From an uncultured Candidatus Saccharibacteria bacterium (lineage in GTDB: Bacteria; Patescibacteriota; UBA1384; XYA2-FULL-43-10; 1-14-0-10-43-13), in assembly GCA_964543385.1 (NCBI GenBank), contig CAZIYE010000003.1:1-32000 (forward strand): a stretch of 32,000 nt of DNA, given 5' to 3'. Positions 7,778-16,631 of the stretch are shown piece after piece. Under the pieces are notes generated by a model. It was not told the origin of the DNA, made no database searches, and saw nothing but the letters and a program-made list of their open reading frames with translations. Within the stretch, counting starts at the first letter, position 1, and every line of letters begins with the position of its first letter. Made by a program: the position numbers and the translations under genes.

Positions 7778-10700
7778 CTATAGGTTGTTTTCAATTTTTT
7801 CCAATGTTTCCATCATCGGTTTTTCTATCTGGCTCTCGATGATCTGTGTTAGAAAAGCGCTAAACTTCTCAGCGATTTCATCTGGATTGTTGGCTGGAAT
7901 TACGTTTTCTCCGTATCTGCTTCGTAGTCCCTCAACCGCACCTGCACCAATGCCCATAGCACCGGTACCTATTGCATAATTTTCCCGCAAATACTTCATC
8001 GCATCAAAAGTATTTGCAGTTATTCCTGTATTATGATCAATCTCTTGGTGACTAATAGAGGCACCATCAGAAATTTGAAAAATAATTTCAGATAAATAAC
8101 CAGAATTCAGAAGTTCCTTTAATTTCGGGTTTTGATCATGAGCTAAAGCAATCCTAGACCAGGCCAGCGCATCTCTCGTATCACCATCTTTTGCGTTCAT
8201 TCTTTGAAATGCCCTGATTGTACTAACCGTTTCAGTCTCGGCCATTTGTAATAATGTTGGCCTTGCTCCCGATTTCGTTTTGTCGGTTAGAAATGAAAAG
8301 TCAGTAACGCTAAAAGGTTTTATCAAACTGACCCTATCTCCAAAAAGCCAGATTTCAGTATCACAAACAACATCCATCTCATCGATATTTTCCGTTACGG
8401 CGCCACCAACCACTTGCTGGAAATTCTTTCGAAAATTTCGCAATGAAGAGTTGAGCAACATCACAGACATTCGGACAGCATCAAGATTGCCACTCATACT
8501 TCCAGAGTTATCTACCAACAACAAAACTCGAAGCATCTTTGGTTTTAGCTCGGCTTTAATTTTTTCGACAATGAGTGAATGAATCAGTCTGCGATCAATA
8601 TCGGCGCCAAATTCAATTTCTGGCAGGAGTTTTTGTAATCGTTTGATATCCGGTTTCCCTTGTCGGTAATATTTATCAACGATAGTATCAATTTTCCGGG
8701 AGATATTTTTGATGATTTGTAGCCAAGCTTCAGCCATCTTGTTGGCTGGTACTCGAAGTTTTTCTTCAAGTTCGAGAAATTTGTCGACCATCTCCTGGGG
8801 TGGAAGAGGGCGGCTTTCTTGTTCCTGGCTAGCGGGTTGATTGTCTTTTAATTGATCTAACAATCTCTTAAACTTATCGTTTTGCGTTTTTTTCTTTTGA
8901 TATTCAGGACTTCTTTTCTCTGACTCGACTTCCTTTATGGTTTCGTCTCGTTCATCTTGTTCGATCATCTCTCGCAAGGCTTTTTCGTAATCACTCACAA
9001 CTTCATCAATATTCTGTGGTTCTTGTTCTGCTCCAGCACTACCAGGTTGACCGGGTTCACTCGCTGGCTGATTATCTTGTTTTTTAGGCTGACCTTTATC
9101 TTCAGATTCACCATCATCCTGATCGTCACCATCTTTATCTTCAGTTTCCTCATCGCCTGGCTCTTTTTCCTTCTCCTCACCATCTTCTTCGTATTCTGTG
9201 TCTCGATCGTCAGTAAAGTCACTTTTTCGCTGCTTCTCGTTTGACTTTTTCTTAATTACCTTCAATTTATCGTTGATTGGAGAGGTTATAGTTTCTGTGA
9301 TTCCTGCCAGCTTTGAACCATCTGCCATTTTATTTTTTTCGTCGAGATATTCCACCTCAACAGAAGTTATCCCTTCTTCATTTCGTAAAACCTTGGTAAT
9401 TATTCCTTTTTTGCCAAAATTAGGACTTTGTCGATCTTTGTTCTTCACTTTATCGCCAGGCTGCCAGTCTGGTGCTTCCTCAATTTCAGGAGGCTCCCCA
9501 CCTTCGCCACCACCCTTGCCATCACCTTTTTGTGGCTCTGGCGGCAATTCCGACTTAAAGCTATCATCAAGAACGCAGAGAAGGCTATAGAGAGGCTCTA
9601 GGATATTTCTGATGGCTCTGGTTCTAGTTACCAGATTATATTTCAAAGGCTTTGTACCAAAGACTGTTCTAGAACGGTCAACCTGCTTAAAGAGGTTGAA
9701 TATGTCCATATACTTAACATTTGAAATTTTGGAAAAATCGAAAGGTAATCCAAGTTGCTTTAAGGAATCCCTTATTTTTCTTTCAAATAATTGGGTGGCG
9801 AAATTAATATCAATTCTCTGATAATCAGAATAAACTGGACCATTTTTACCAACCTCTGCAACATTGACATATACCTCATCCCTTACATAGTTCTTCTTAC
9901 CGCCTTTAAGATCATAAAATGGGACTTTGATCTGGTCACTCATAAAATCAAGATACAAGGATAGTTTATCTGGATCATCTTTGTATTTTTGGACAAAACG
10001 CTCGAGTAACATCTTGTAAGCCTCAGAAAGTGGCCGAGTATAGATAACCCCAACATCTTCATTCAACTTATGTTTACCTTCGGGATTTTTTGATTCATCA
10101 AAAACTTCATTGGTTGACAAGCCAGTCATCTGGTTTTTCATAAAATAGGTCACAAATTGAGATGATCGATTCATCTTGGGAACAGTTTTATCCCAGTCAA
10201 AACCTTGCCCGTAATCCTCTTTCTCTGCGACTCGGATATTACCCTTTCCTTCATCAACATTGATAAGAGGATTCTGACCAAGTTGCTCCATTTGTGGCAT
10301 ATAGACAAAGTCACCGTTATTTTCACCTACTTCTAGGTAGACAGGGAAAAACTGGTTCGTATAAAGATCAACAACTTCCTGATTGTTCCTTCTTGAGTTT
10401 TCAGTGAGAGTGCGGCCATATATTCCTGTGCCAAACACCAAACTATTTACAATTGCGTCTTCGCAGATATTGTAATATTGCCGATACATCGATGCAGCAG
10501 ACATCCGAACTTTTTCGCCCTGTTCATTTCGAACAAAGTAACCTTTTTTCTTTTCATAATTAAACTGTTCAAGCTCGTTGTATTTGCCTGCTAAATCAAG
10601 CTCGCCCATAGTTTTGAGATGGGCAAATTCATGCATAGCGCCGAACATAATTTGCGCAGATGTCATACCTCTCTCTTCACGCATTTTTTTGAATTCCGTC

Positions 10701-11065
10701 ACGTCTAGAGAGATAATGTCTTTTGTTGGCGCATGATAAAAACCCATACCAGCGATAAGCTTGAACTTGGCATTTTTGCGGTATTGCAAGAAGGAAACAA
10801 GGTCAGTATAACGGCCATCCTGGTTGATCCACTGCAACATCTCATCTCTGTATGGCCATAATTCTTTAGGGACATCATTTTCGTCTTTTTCTTCCCTTTC
10901 CGGTTTTTCTGGTGGTTTGGTCGGGTCTTCTGGATCGGGATCTGGCGGCTCGGGACGATCCGCCATTCTTTGCATACCAAAATCAGCCCGATCTTCTGGC
11001 ATTCCCAAATCGGCCGCTGGATTTATTTTTGGCTCTTCGCCAGTTTTCCCAAAAAATTCGGGCAC
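7778..11065 (-). CDS. vWA-domain protein with N-terminal HExxH metallopeptidase-like region and acidic disordered linker (1095 aa)
   Basis: The start is GTG at 11065 with a GGAGGG SD at 11073..11078 (7-nt spacer). HEFAH (HExxH) is encoded at 10619..10633, with a downstream acidic candidate ligand in NICEDAIVN. The central low-complexity stretch is EEDGEEKEKEPGDEETEDKDGDDQDDGESEDKGQPKK. The C-terminal vWA domain has the MIDAS motif LLLVDNSGSMSG (DxSxS), encoded at 8489..8515. This architecture resembles the metallopeptidase+vWA partners of MoxR ATPases. Confidence 0.8.
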   Translation of the reverse strand: MPEFFGKTGEEPKINPAADLGMPEDRADFGMQRMADRPEPPDPDPEDPTKPPEKPEREEKDENDVPKELWPYRDEMLQWINQDGRYTDLVSFLQYRKNAKFKLIAGMGFYHAPTKDIISLDVTEFKKMREERGMTSAQIMFGAMHEFAHLKTMGELDLAGKYNELEQFNYEKKKGYFVRNEQGEKVRMSAASMYRQYYNICEDAIVNSLVFGTGIYGRTLTENSRRNNQEVVDLYTNQFFPVYLEVGENNGDFVYMPQMEQLGQNPLINVDEGKGNIRVAEKEDYGQGFDWDKTVPKMNRSSQFVTYFMKNQMTGLSTNEVFDESKNPEGKHKLNEDVGVIYTRPLSEAYKMLLERFVQKYKDDPDKLSLYLDFMSDQIKVPFYDLKGGKKNYVRDEVYVNVAEVGKNGPVYSDYQRIDINFATQLFERKIRDSLKQLGLPFDFSKISNVKYMDIFNLFKQVDRSRTVFGTKPLKYNLVTRTRAIRNILEPLYSLLCVLDDSFKSELPPEPQKGDGKGGGEGGEPPEIEEAPDWQPGDKVKNKDRQSPNFGKKGIITKVLRNEEGITSVEVEYLDEKNKMADGSKLAGITETITSPINDKLKVIKKKSNEKQRKSDFTDDRDTEYEEDGEEKEKEPGDEETEDKDGDDQDDGESEDKGQPKKQDNQPASEPGQPGSAGAEQEPQNIDEVVSDYEKALREMIEQDERDETIKEVESEKRSPEYQKKKTQNDKFKRLLDQLKDNQPASQEQESRPLPPQEMVDKFLELEEKLRVPANKMAEAWLQIIKNISRKIDTIVDKYYRQGKPDIKRLQKLLPEIEFGADIDRRLIHSLIVEKIKAELKPKMLRVLLLVDNSGSMSGNLDAVRMSVMLLNSSLRNFRKNFQQVVGGAVTENIDEMDVVCDTEIWLFGDRVSLIKPFSVTDFSFLTDKTKSGARPTLLQMAETETVSTIRAFQRMNAKDGDTRDALAWSRIALAHDQNPKLKELLNSGYLSEIIFQISDGASISHQEIDHNTGITANTFDAMKYLRENYAIGTGAMGIGAGAVEGLRSRYGENVIPANNPDEIAEKFSAFLTQIIESQIEKPMMETLEKIENNL

Positions 11066-11101
11066 AGAATATCCCTCCGGAAATCTGATATTTCAATTTA
11101 A

Positions 11102-11130
11102 ATTATAGCAATTTGTTGATGAAATAACAA
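11102..11130 (-). promoter_or_regulatory. Candidate sigma70-type internal promoter upstream of the vWA gene
   Basis: The minus strand reads TTGTTA (11130..11125), a 17-nt spacer, then TATAAT (11107..11102). It lies in the only sizeable intergenic gap of the cluster (67 nt, 11066..11132), about 30 nt upstream of the SD/GTG of the vWA gene. Confidence 0.4.
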
Positions 11131-11132
11131 AA

Positions 11133-12500
11133 CTATTCTAAGTCAATTAATTTTGTCTTGCCAGGATTCTCAGGATCGGCAACCCGCATTAATATCAGCC
11201 CGCCAGTCTTGTCTTTGGAAATCAAAGACTTGGCTTCTTCAATAGTTAAGTCTTCGATTTCTAGAACAATAGCGCCACCCGTCATCAGATAGCCAATATT
11301 ATCAACTCTCTGTCGCAAAACAATCAAATTTCTCTGCAATCCAGCAGTCGGATTCGTATCTTTTAACTCAGCATCTGCTGTGATGATAAATGAATTCTGA
11401 TCTTTATGTTGAATCAAAGATGAGTAAAATATTTCATTATCGCCGGATAGTTCGACTAACCCGGTACCATCAGGAGTTATGTACTTTGGCACAAGAGAAT
11501 TGTCTTCTAGAGACAAAGGGTGCCTGTCATCGGCAGTTGTCTCAAATTTATCAGCAAGAACTTCACCGCCTTCTATGGCACCAAAGCCTACAGCTTCATC
11601 GAAATAAACAAAACCATTCTTCATACCGCGACAACAATCCTCCCCAGCTTTTTCAACGTACCCACTGCCACCATGCATATAAGTAAACGCCCGGTCTCCT
11701 ATTTTATTTGCCTTTGCTTTGCCGCCATCCATTGAGGAACAAAAATTATCGCCGGCTTCCAAAACTACTAATTCGCCGCCTTTCATCGAAGTACCACAAC
11801 CTTCCCCAGCATGGTCGATAATAATCTTACCCCCTGTCATGGAAATACCAGCAGAATCTCCGGCCTCAACTGCCTTTAGACTACCGTTTTTCATGATCGC
11901 TCCAAAAAAGTTTCCTGCTTTAACAACTTGGAGATCGGCTCTTGGATTATCCAGCCCTATGACAAAATAATCAGATAGCGGTTTTGGAATATCATTTATT
12001 ATTATTTTTTCGCCATCACACCCGAGGTTTAAAAAAATCGTGTTTACGATCTGCGCAAATATTGTTTTCATGTCCCCCTTGACCTCACTTCCAAATGAAT
12101 ATTTGTCAGCTAGCTTAACAATGTCTGCATAAAAGCGACTCCGAAGATACTCTTTCAAAAAGCGTTTATAATATTTGCTGTTTAATTTTATTGCCGGTAA
12201 ATTTTCTCTATTAAATCGGCTTGCAATCCTTGCCATGATTTCAGGAATCAGCATTTCGCCTTCTTCTCTATCATCGTCATCTAGCTTGTCTATATAAGCT
12301 TTCAGATCGCTAATGATTTCGCCTCTTTTGTCTTCAAGATCACGCAAAAATACCTTATCAATGCAGGTTAAGTTTTCTACAAACTCTTTTATCCCGAGTG
12401 CTTCGTCAATGCGAAGAGAATCTTGATTCATGGCGATATCAAAAGATTTCTTTTTGACTGACAGAGTTTCAATAACTTTTGTGATTTCTTGGCAATTCAT
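11133..12500 (-). CDS. Family paralog: N-terminal Cys-module + GXGXG beta-helix domain (455 aa)
   Basis: N-terminus MNCQEITKVIETLSVKKKSFDIA. About 19-aa repeats of the form aGDxxGxxMxGGxIxV are encoded at roughly 11595..11930: AGNFFGAIMKNGSLKAVEAGDSAGISMTGGKIIIDHAGEGCGTSMKGGELVVLEAGDNFCSSMDGGKAKANKIGDRAFTYMHGGSGYVEKAGEDCCRGMKNGFVYF. This matches the GXGXG motif of FwdC and the glutamate synthase C-terminal domain. The conserved tail is GGLILMRVADPENPGKTKLIDLE. The ATGA overlaps the upstream stop. Confidence 0.75.
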   Translation of the reverse strand: MNCQEITKVIETLSVKKKSFDIAMNQDSLRIDEALGIKEFVENLTCIDKVFLRDLEDKRGEIISDLKAYIDKLDDDDREEGEMLIPEIMARIASRFNRENLPAIKLNSKYYKRFLKEYLRSRFYADIVKLADKYSFGSEVKGDMKTIFAQIVNTIFLNLGCDGEKIIINDIPKPLSDYFVIGLDNPRADLQVVKAGNFFGAIMKNGSLKAVEAGDSAGISMTGGKIIIDHAGEGCGTSMKGGELVVLEAGDNFCSSMDGGKAKANKIGDRAFTYMHGGSGYVEKAGEDCCRGMKNGFVYFDEAVGFGAIEGGEVLADKFETTADDRHPLSLEDNSLVPKYITPDGTGLVELSGDNEIFYSSLIQHKDQNSFIITADAELKDTNPTAGLQRNLIVLRQRVDNIGYLMTGGAIVLEIEDLTIEEAKSLISKDKTGGLILMRVADPENPGKTKLIDLE

Positions 12501-13549
12501 TCTTGTACAGCCTTTCCGTTCTTAAAATCCATCTTTCTTCCATGACGATCTATATAATACGACTTGCCTCTGTCAGTAACACCGGCTAATCCTTCGGAAA
12601 AAGAATTGGCAAAGGTGTATCTCTTTCCGGAAATCGGCTTGCCTAACTTATTAATAAAAAAATATCCGCCATCATCCGCAACACGCGCCCGGCCTTCGGA
12701 AAAATTTAAGGCATTAATATATGTTTCGGGAAAAAACTGCTTGCCTTGTTCATTTATAAAAATCTTCCTGCCACCCTTGGCCACGCTGGCTAAACCTTCG
12801 GAAAATTCAGGGGGAATACTACTTAATTCCTCCGGCGGTATATGTCTGCCAGTGATATCAATATAAAACCTCACGCCGCCCTTTTGGACGCGAGCCATAC
12901 CTTTTACAAAGAAGGCCTCGTCGTCGAATGTTTCTTCAATAGCCGACTGCCCGTATGTGTCAATAAAACGCCATTGTGGCCCTTCAAGAGGTTTTCCTTC
13001 CTCGTATACGGTTGCCAGACCTTCTGAAAAAGATTTTGCGTGTTTGAATTTTCCCGGAAAGGCTTGTTGGCCCGAATGGTCAATATAAAAATACTCTCCG
13101 TCATTTTTGACTAACGCTAAGCCATCTGAAAAAGAAGAACCATCTTCGTAGTCTTCCTCGAAAACTCGACGGCCTTCTTTGTTTATAAAAAAGAACTTCC
13201 GTTCGTAATTCACTACTGCCAGACCTTCGGAAAAAGGGCCGATTTCCCAATATTCTGGGGTAATAAGATTTCCATTTCGGTCTACTAGAAGCCATCGGCT
13301 TCCCCTTTGAACTCTCGCAACACCATCGTCAAATGTAGAAATAAAATCAGCTCCAAGCTTTTTACCCAGTTTAAGTCTAAGTTGCAACTCAAAGGGATCG
13401 GTTATAACCTCAATCTCATGAATCTCCGCCACCAATTCTGCTCTTTGCTTCATCCCTGCCGCCACATCATTACGATCTAATGTTTGCTTAAAAATTTCTT
13501 TTTTAGATTGAATGTTTTGTATTTTCTTTGTTATTTCTTGGCATTTCAT
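12497..13549 (-). CDS. Family paralog: N-terminal Cys-module + WG (KWG-type) repeat domain (350 aa)
   Basis: N-terminus MKCQEITKKIQNIQSKKEIF. There are at least six repeats of the form FSEGLAxV...G.(W/F/Y)xFI(D/N)xxG: FSEGLAVVNYERKFFFINKEGRRVF, FSDGLALVKNDGEYFYIDHSGQQAF, FSEGLATVYEEG..WRFIDTYGQ, FSEGLASVAKGGRKIFINEQGKQFF, FSEGRARVADDGGYFFINKLGKPIS and FSEGLAGVTDRGKSYYIDRHGRKM. Confidence 0.8.
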   Translation of the reverse strand: MKCQEITKKIQNIQSKKEIFKQTLDRNDVAAGMKQRAELVAEIHEIEVITDPFELQLRLKLGKKLGADFISTFDDGVARVQRGSRWLLVDRNGNLITPEYWEIGPFSEGLAVVNYERKFFFINKEGRRVFEEDYEDGSSFSDGLALVKNDGEYFYIDHSGQQAFPGKFKHAKSFSEGLATVYEEGKPLEGPQWRFIDTYGQSAIEETFDDEAFFVKGMARVQKGGVRFYIDITGRHIPPEELSSIPPEFSEGLASVAKGGRKIFINEQGKQFFPETYINALNFSEGRARVADDGGYFFINKLGKPISGKRYTFANSFSEGLAGVTDRGKSYYIDRHGRKMDFKNGKAVQE

Positions 13550-13554
13550 TATTA

Positions 13555-14412
13555 TTAAATCCTTTCAACATCTTGGCGAGCAAACATTAAAAAGCGAATC
13601 AATACTTTTTCCTTATACCGAGCGTTGCGTTTATAGATCCATGTTAGCCAAAAAGGTGTATCTGCGTAAGTATCAGAGTGATATCCTATAACCCTTGCAG
13701 GCTCACGATACTTTGAATGTTCACATTGCTCAGCTAGAAGCAACACGCCGCCGCCATTTCTTCCATAATCATCCATAAAACTGTCGTTTTTTAGATAATG
13801 GTAAATCTGATGGAGTAGGTATTCCTTACGGGTATAACCGTCTAAATCTGGATTTTTTGCAGAAACCTCTCTTGCCATATCCGAAAAAGCAACTGGATAG
13901 CAAGGTTGGTTATTGGAGTGGGCATCTTTTGCCAGTTCTTGTGGCTTCGTATAGACAATATAGCTTCTTTGTGGACGCGGAGAACTAGTAATTTTGTCTT
14001 CGTCACCTTCATCGACAGGACTATAATCTTCTCTTATAAAATAATTATTTAATTTCAATTGTTCGTCCGCCGGCACCTTCAAATCAAGGGTGTCTAAGAT
14101 AACAATTGGCTGAGTATAACCTTCTCGCTCTGCGATTTCTTTCGATTCGGGACTCAGATCGAGAAGTTCACCGTTTTTATATAATTCAGAAATATTTACC
14201 TCTACCCCAAGCCAATCGTATAATTTCTGATTTCTATTAATCATTTTAAATTTTTCGGTTACTTCCAGAATATCCTGTCGATTTAATATCTCGGTCAGCT
14301 TACTCTTAATATTAAGAGCCCCCTCAATCTCGTTATCATCGACAAAATCACTAAATTCATCTCGAGAGCTCTTTATCTCGGTGATTATTTGTGTTATTTC
14401 TTGGCAATTCAT
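13555..14412 (-). CDS. Family paralog: N-terminal Cys-module + orphan globular domain type 2 (285 aa)
   Basis: N-terminus MNCQEITQIITEIKSSRDEF. The body aligns by eye with ORF 16628..17617: KLYDWLGVEVNISELYKNGELLDLSPESKEIAEREGYTQPIVI vs PVFDWLDLGINLKNEIFTGNILLPTNEEYAESKKHGFSEILII, and DGYTRKEYLLHQIYHYLK vs DGLTLEQGVMLLINRYKK. I recognised no known motif. Confidence 0.7.
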   Translation of the reverse strand: MNCQEITQIITEIKSSRDEFSDFVDDNEIEGALNIKSKLTEILNRQDILEVTEKFKMINRNQKLYDWLGVEVNISELYKNGELLDLSPESKEIAEREGYTQPIVILDTLDLKVPADEQLKLNNYFIREDYSPVDEGDEDKITSSPRPQRSYIVYTKPQELAKDAHSNNQPCYPVAFSDMAREVSAKNPDLDGYTRKEYLLHQIYHYLKNDSFMDDYGRNGGGVLLLAEQCEHSKYREPARVIGYHSDTYADTPFWLTWIYKRNARYKEKVLIRFLMFARQDVERI

Positions 14413-16631
14413 AGTGGCAAAACCAATCTATTGCAAGATCTTGGTGGGTCGCACCGTCCTGGATCAGCCAAACCAAGGTACATATGTGGAGAATCTGGCG
14501 TCGACCCATCGTCACGTTGAACAAAAGGGATTAAATTAGGAGATGTTTTGAGCTTACAGTTTGTAAAAAGCAGTCTATCGCTCCAGCCGCCTTTGTCAAT
14601 TATGCCTTTCCCCTCTGTCAGACAGGTCATAGCGTAAATAAGCCAAGTTTCAGGTATTTGACCAGATATGCCCGCATACTTATGTGTCCACATTTTCTGA
14701 GCAAATTCCCTATAAGATTGATTCTTTTCTTTATAAATATACGGTCTAGCGATGCTGAAATCTTTAAGATACGTTATATCTTCGCTCAATACCACCTGCC
14801 AAGCAAATCCATCACCAATTAGCTCCAATTTGCTCCCGTTATTTTGTGGCGAGAGAGAATAAATCAAATCACCTGTAGTATCACTATCTATCAGATCATC
14901 TTTTACGCGGACAGGATCGGTTTTATCAATATATATTGGCCGATCGTTAAGCTTGTTCATGAATCTGCCGTTGTCGTCTGAATGCAAAATCAAGTTTTTA
15001 TATTTTTCCACTAGAGAATTAATAGATACTCCAAATGGAATAAGAAGCAATTTTTTAAAACCCCCGTCTATATTCTTCTCAAAAAAATCAAGGCTATCCT
15101 TTTTCATTCTACTCACTATTTCGATGTATTTTGGAACAGAGTATTCCTCACCATCAATGCCAATAATTCCTTCGGAGCCATCTGAGAGCTTTTGAAGAAT
15201 ATTGTTGTCACGAAGTAAATTCAATTGTGAATCATATTGTTCTCTCAGTTTGATTTTTTCCGCAAGTAGCAAGGCAGGTATAATTTCCGTTAATTTAATA
15301 GCCAAATGCTCGATATCTTCCTTCACTTTCAAAGCTGAAGGTATATCCGGTAGCCCATAAGCTGTATCAAAAGAATTTTTCTTGATAGAAAGTGTTTTAA
15401 TATATTGGAGGTAATTTTGTCCACCTAATCGTGCCATTATGACTCCGTCAATTCCCTCATTGAAAAAATTTATAGAATCAAAAGAGTCCGAAAAGGTGTG
15501 TCCATCAACATCTGCCTCCTGCCAGCCTCCTTGAGTCAAAACCCAGATGACGCCTGACTTGGAAACATCAATCTCCTTAAATCCTTTGCTAGAAAGCAAT
15601 CGGGTTTCGTGATTTAATATAAACCATTTATCACCAATCTTTACGGTTGCAAAGTCCTTGTTGTACGCTCCAGTTTGATCGTATGTACCACCGTCGACTG
15701 ATTCAAAATTTTTATCAATAAACTGCAATTTACCGTTTTCCAAAACGGGAGCAATTCCACCGTTAAAATCCAATGCCTTTTGGAAATTTTTCGATACCTT
15801 TTCGCCTTTTTTATTGATATAGAAAGAATCATCTCCTTGTGTCACAGCCAAAAGATCTTCTTGAAAATAAGTTCCCATGAAATGATCGTACTCTTCTTCG
15901 TTGATTCTCTGGCCATTTTCACCGACAAAAAAAGTTTTGCCATCGCTCGTAAAAGCGATGGGGAAGCCATGGAAGTGTATCACCGAAGTAGCATACTCTT
16001 CGCCCAATCTCTGAAAGTTCTTATCGATCAGAAAAAATTGTTTGTTGTTTCTAACACAAGCGAAATCTTTGTTCTGGAAACCATAAGTATCATCATATTC
16101 ACTGCTAATCTTATCACCGGATTGATCGATAAAATATGATTTTCCATCTTTGCGCACACAAGCCAAACAGACTGATGGATCCTCCAAAATTATCCTATCA
16201 TAATCACCTGGCAATTGCTCCGACTGCTTACCGTATTTGTCGATAAAATGATATTTCTTGTCTTCTACCGCAAAGGTCGGCTCACCTGTTTGATCTGAAA
16301 AGCGGATATCTTCAAATTCTTTATCATTTATTATTCTCCCATAAAAATCTAGAAGAATTGATTTGCCATTTGGTAGTCTGAGACTGCCTAAACCAGATTT
16401 CCCAAAGTATGGTAAATCGTGCGGTTTGTTTTTTTTGATCTTTTGGCAAACACCTGCCAAAATCTGAGCTCTTACTCGAAAATCGGCGGCAAAAAAGGGG
16501 TAAAATAAGGGTGATTCCCTTAAGAGAAATTCTCGATAGCCGGCCAAGTCTTTATTCCTGACAATCATAGTTCCTTCTTCTTGGCTAGCCGCTAATTCTT
16601 TGATTTTTTGTGTTATTTCTTGGCAGTTCAT
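14409..16631 (-). CDS. Family paralog, apparent fusion of two units: Cys-module + WG repeats + internal Cys-less module copy + orphan domain type 1 (740 aa)
   Basis: N-terminus MNCQEITQKIKELAASQEEG. WG-type repeats include YHFIDKYGKQ, KSYFIDQSGDKIS, FFLIDKNFQRL, SFYINKKGEKVS, LQFIDKNFESV and KWFILNHETRL. At aa ~403-470 (about 15221..15425) the segment GGQNYLQYIKTLSIKKNSFDTAYGLPDIPSALKVKEDIEHL mirrors the N-module of 11133..12500 (CQEITKVIETLSVKKKSFDIAMNQDSLRIDEALGIKEFVE). The C-terminal third is homologous to ORF 3399..4484. Confidence 0.75.
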   Translation of the reverse strand: MNCQEITQKIKELAASQEEGTMIVRNKDLAGYREFLLRESPLFYPFFAADFRVRAQILAGVCQKIKKNKPHDLPYFGKSGLGSLRLPNGKSILLDFYGRIINDKEFEDIRFSDQTGEPTFAVEDKKYHFIDKYGKQSEQLPGDYDRIILEDPSVCLACVRKDGKSYFIDQSGDKISSEYDDTYGFQNKDFACVRNNKQFFLIDKNFQRLGEEYATSVIHFHGFPIAFTSDGKTFFVGENGQRINEEEYDHFMGTYFQEDLLAVTQGDDSFYINKKGEKVSKNFQKALDFNGGIAPVLENGKLQFIDKNFESVDGGTYDQTGAYNKDFATVKIGDKWFILNHETRLLSSKGFKEIDVSKSGVIWVLTQGGWQEADVDGHTFSDSFDSINFFNEGIDGVIMARLGGQNYLQYIKTLSIKKNSFDTAYGLPDIPSALKVKEDIEHLAIKLTEIIPALLLAEKIKLREQYDSQLNLLRDNNILQKLSDGSEGIIGIDGEEYSVPKYIEIVSRMKKDSLDFFEKNIDGGFKKLLLIPFGVSINSLVEKYKNLILHSDDNGRFMNKLNDRPIYIDKTDPVRVKDDLIDSDTTGDLIYSLSPQNNGSKLELIGDGFAWQVVLSEDITYLKDFSIARPYIYKEKNQSYREFAQKMWTHKYAGISGQIPETWLIYAMTCLTEGKGIIDKGGWSDRLLFTNCKLKTSPNLIPFVQRDDGSTPDSPHMYLGLADPGRCDPPRSCNRLVLPL

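Noticed and set aside
12440-12500. N-terminal Cys interpreted as a lipoprotein lipobox or Sec signal
   Set aside because: The Cys is at residue 3-9 with no preceding positively charged n-region or hydrophobic h-region. The following sequence is polar and helical (QEITKKIxxL...), which is incompatible with a signal peptide.
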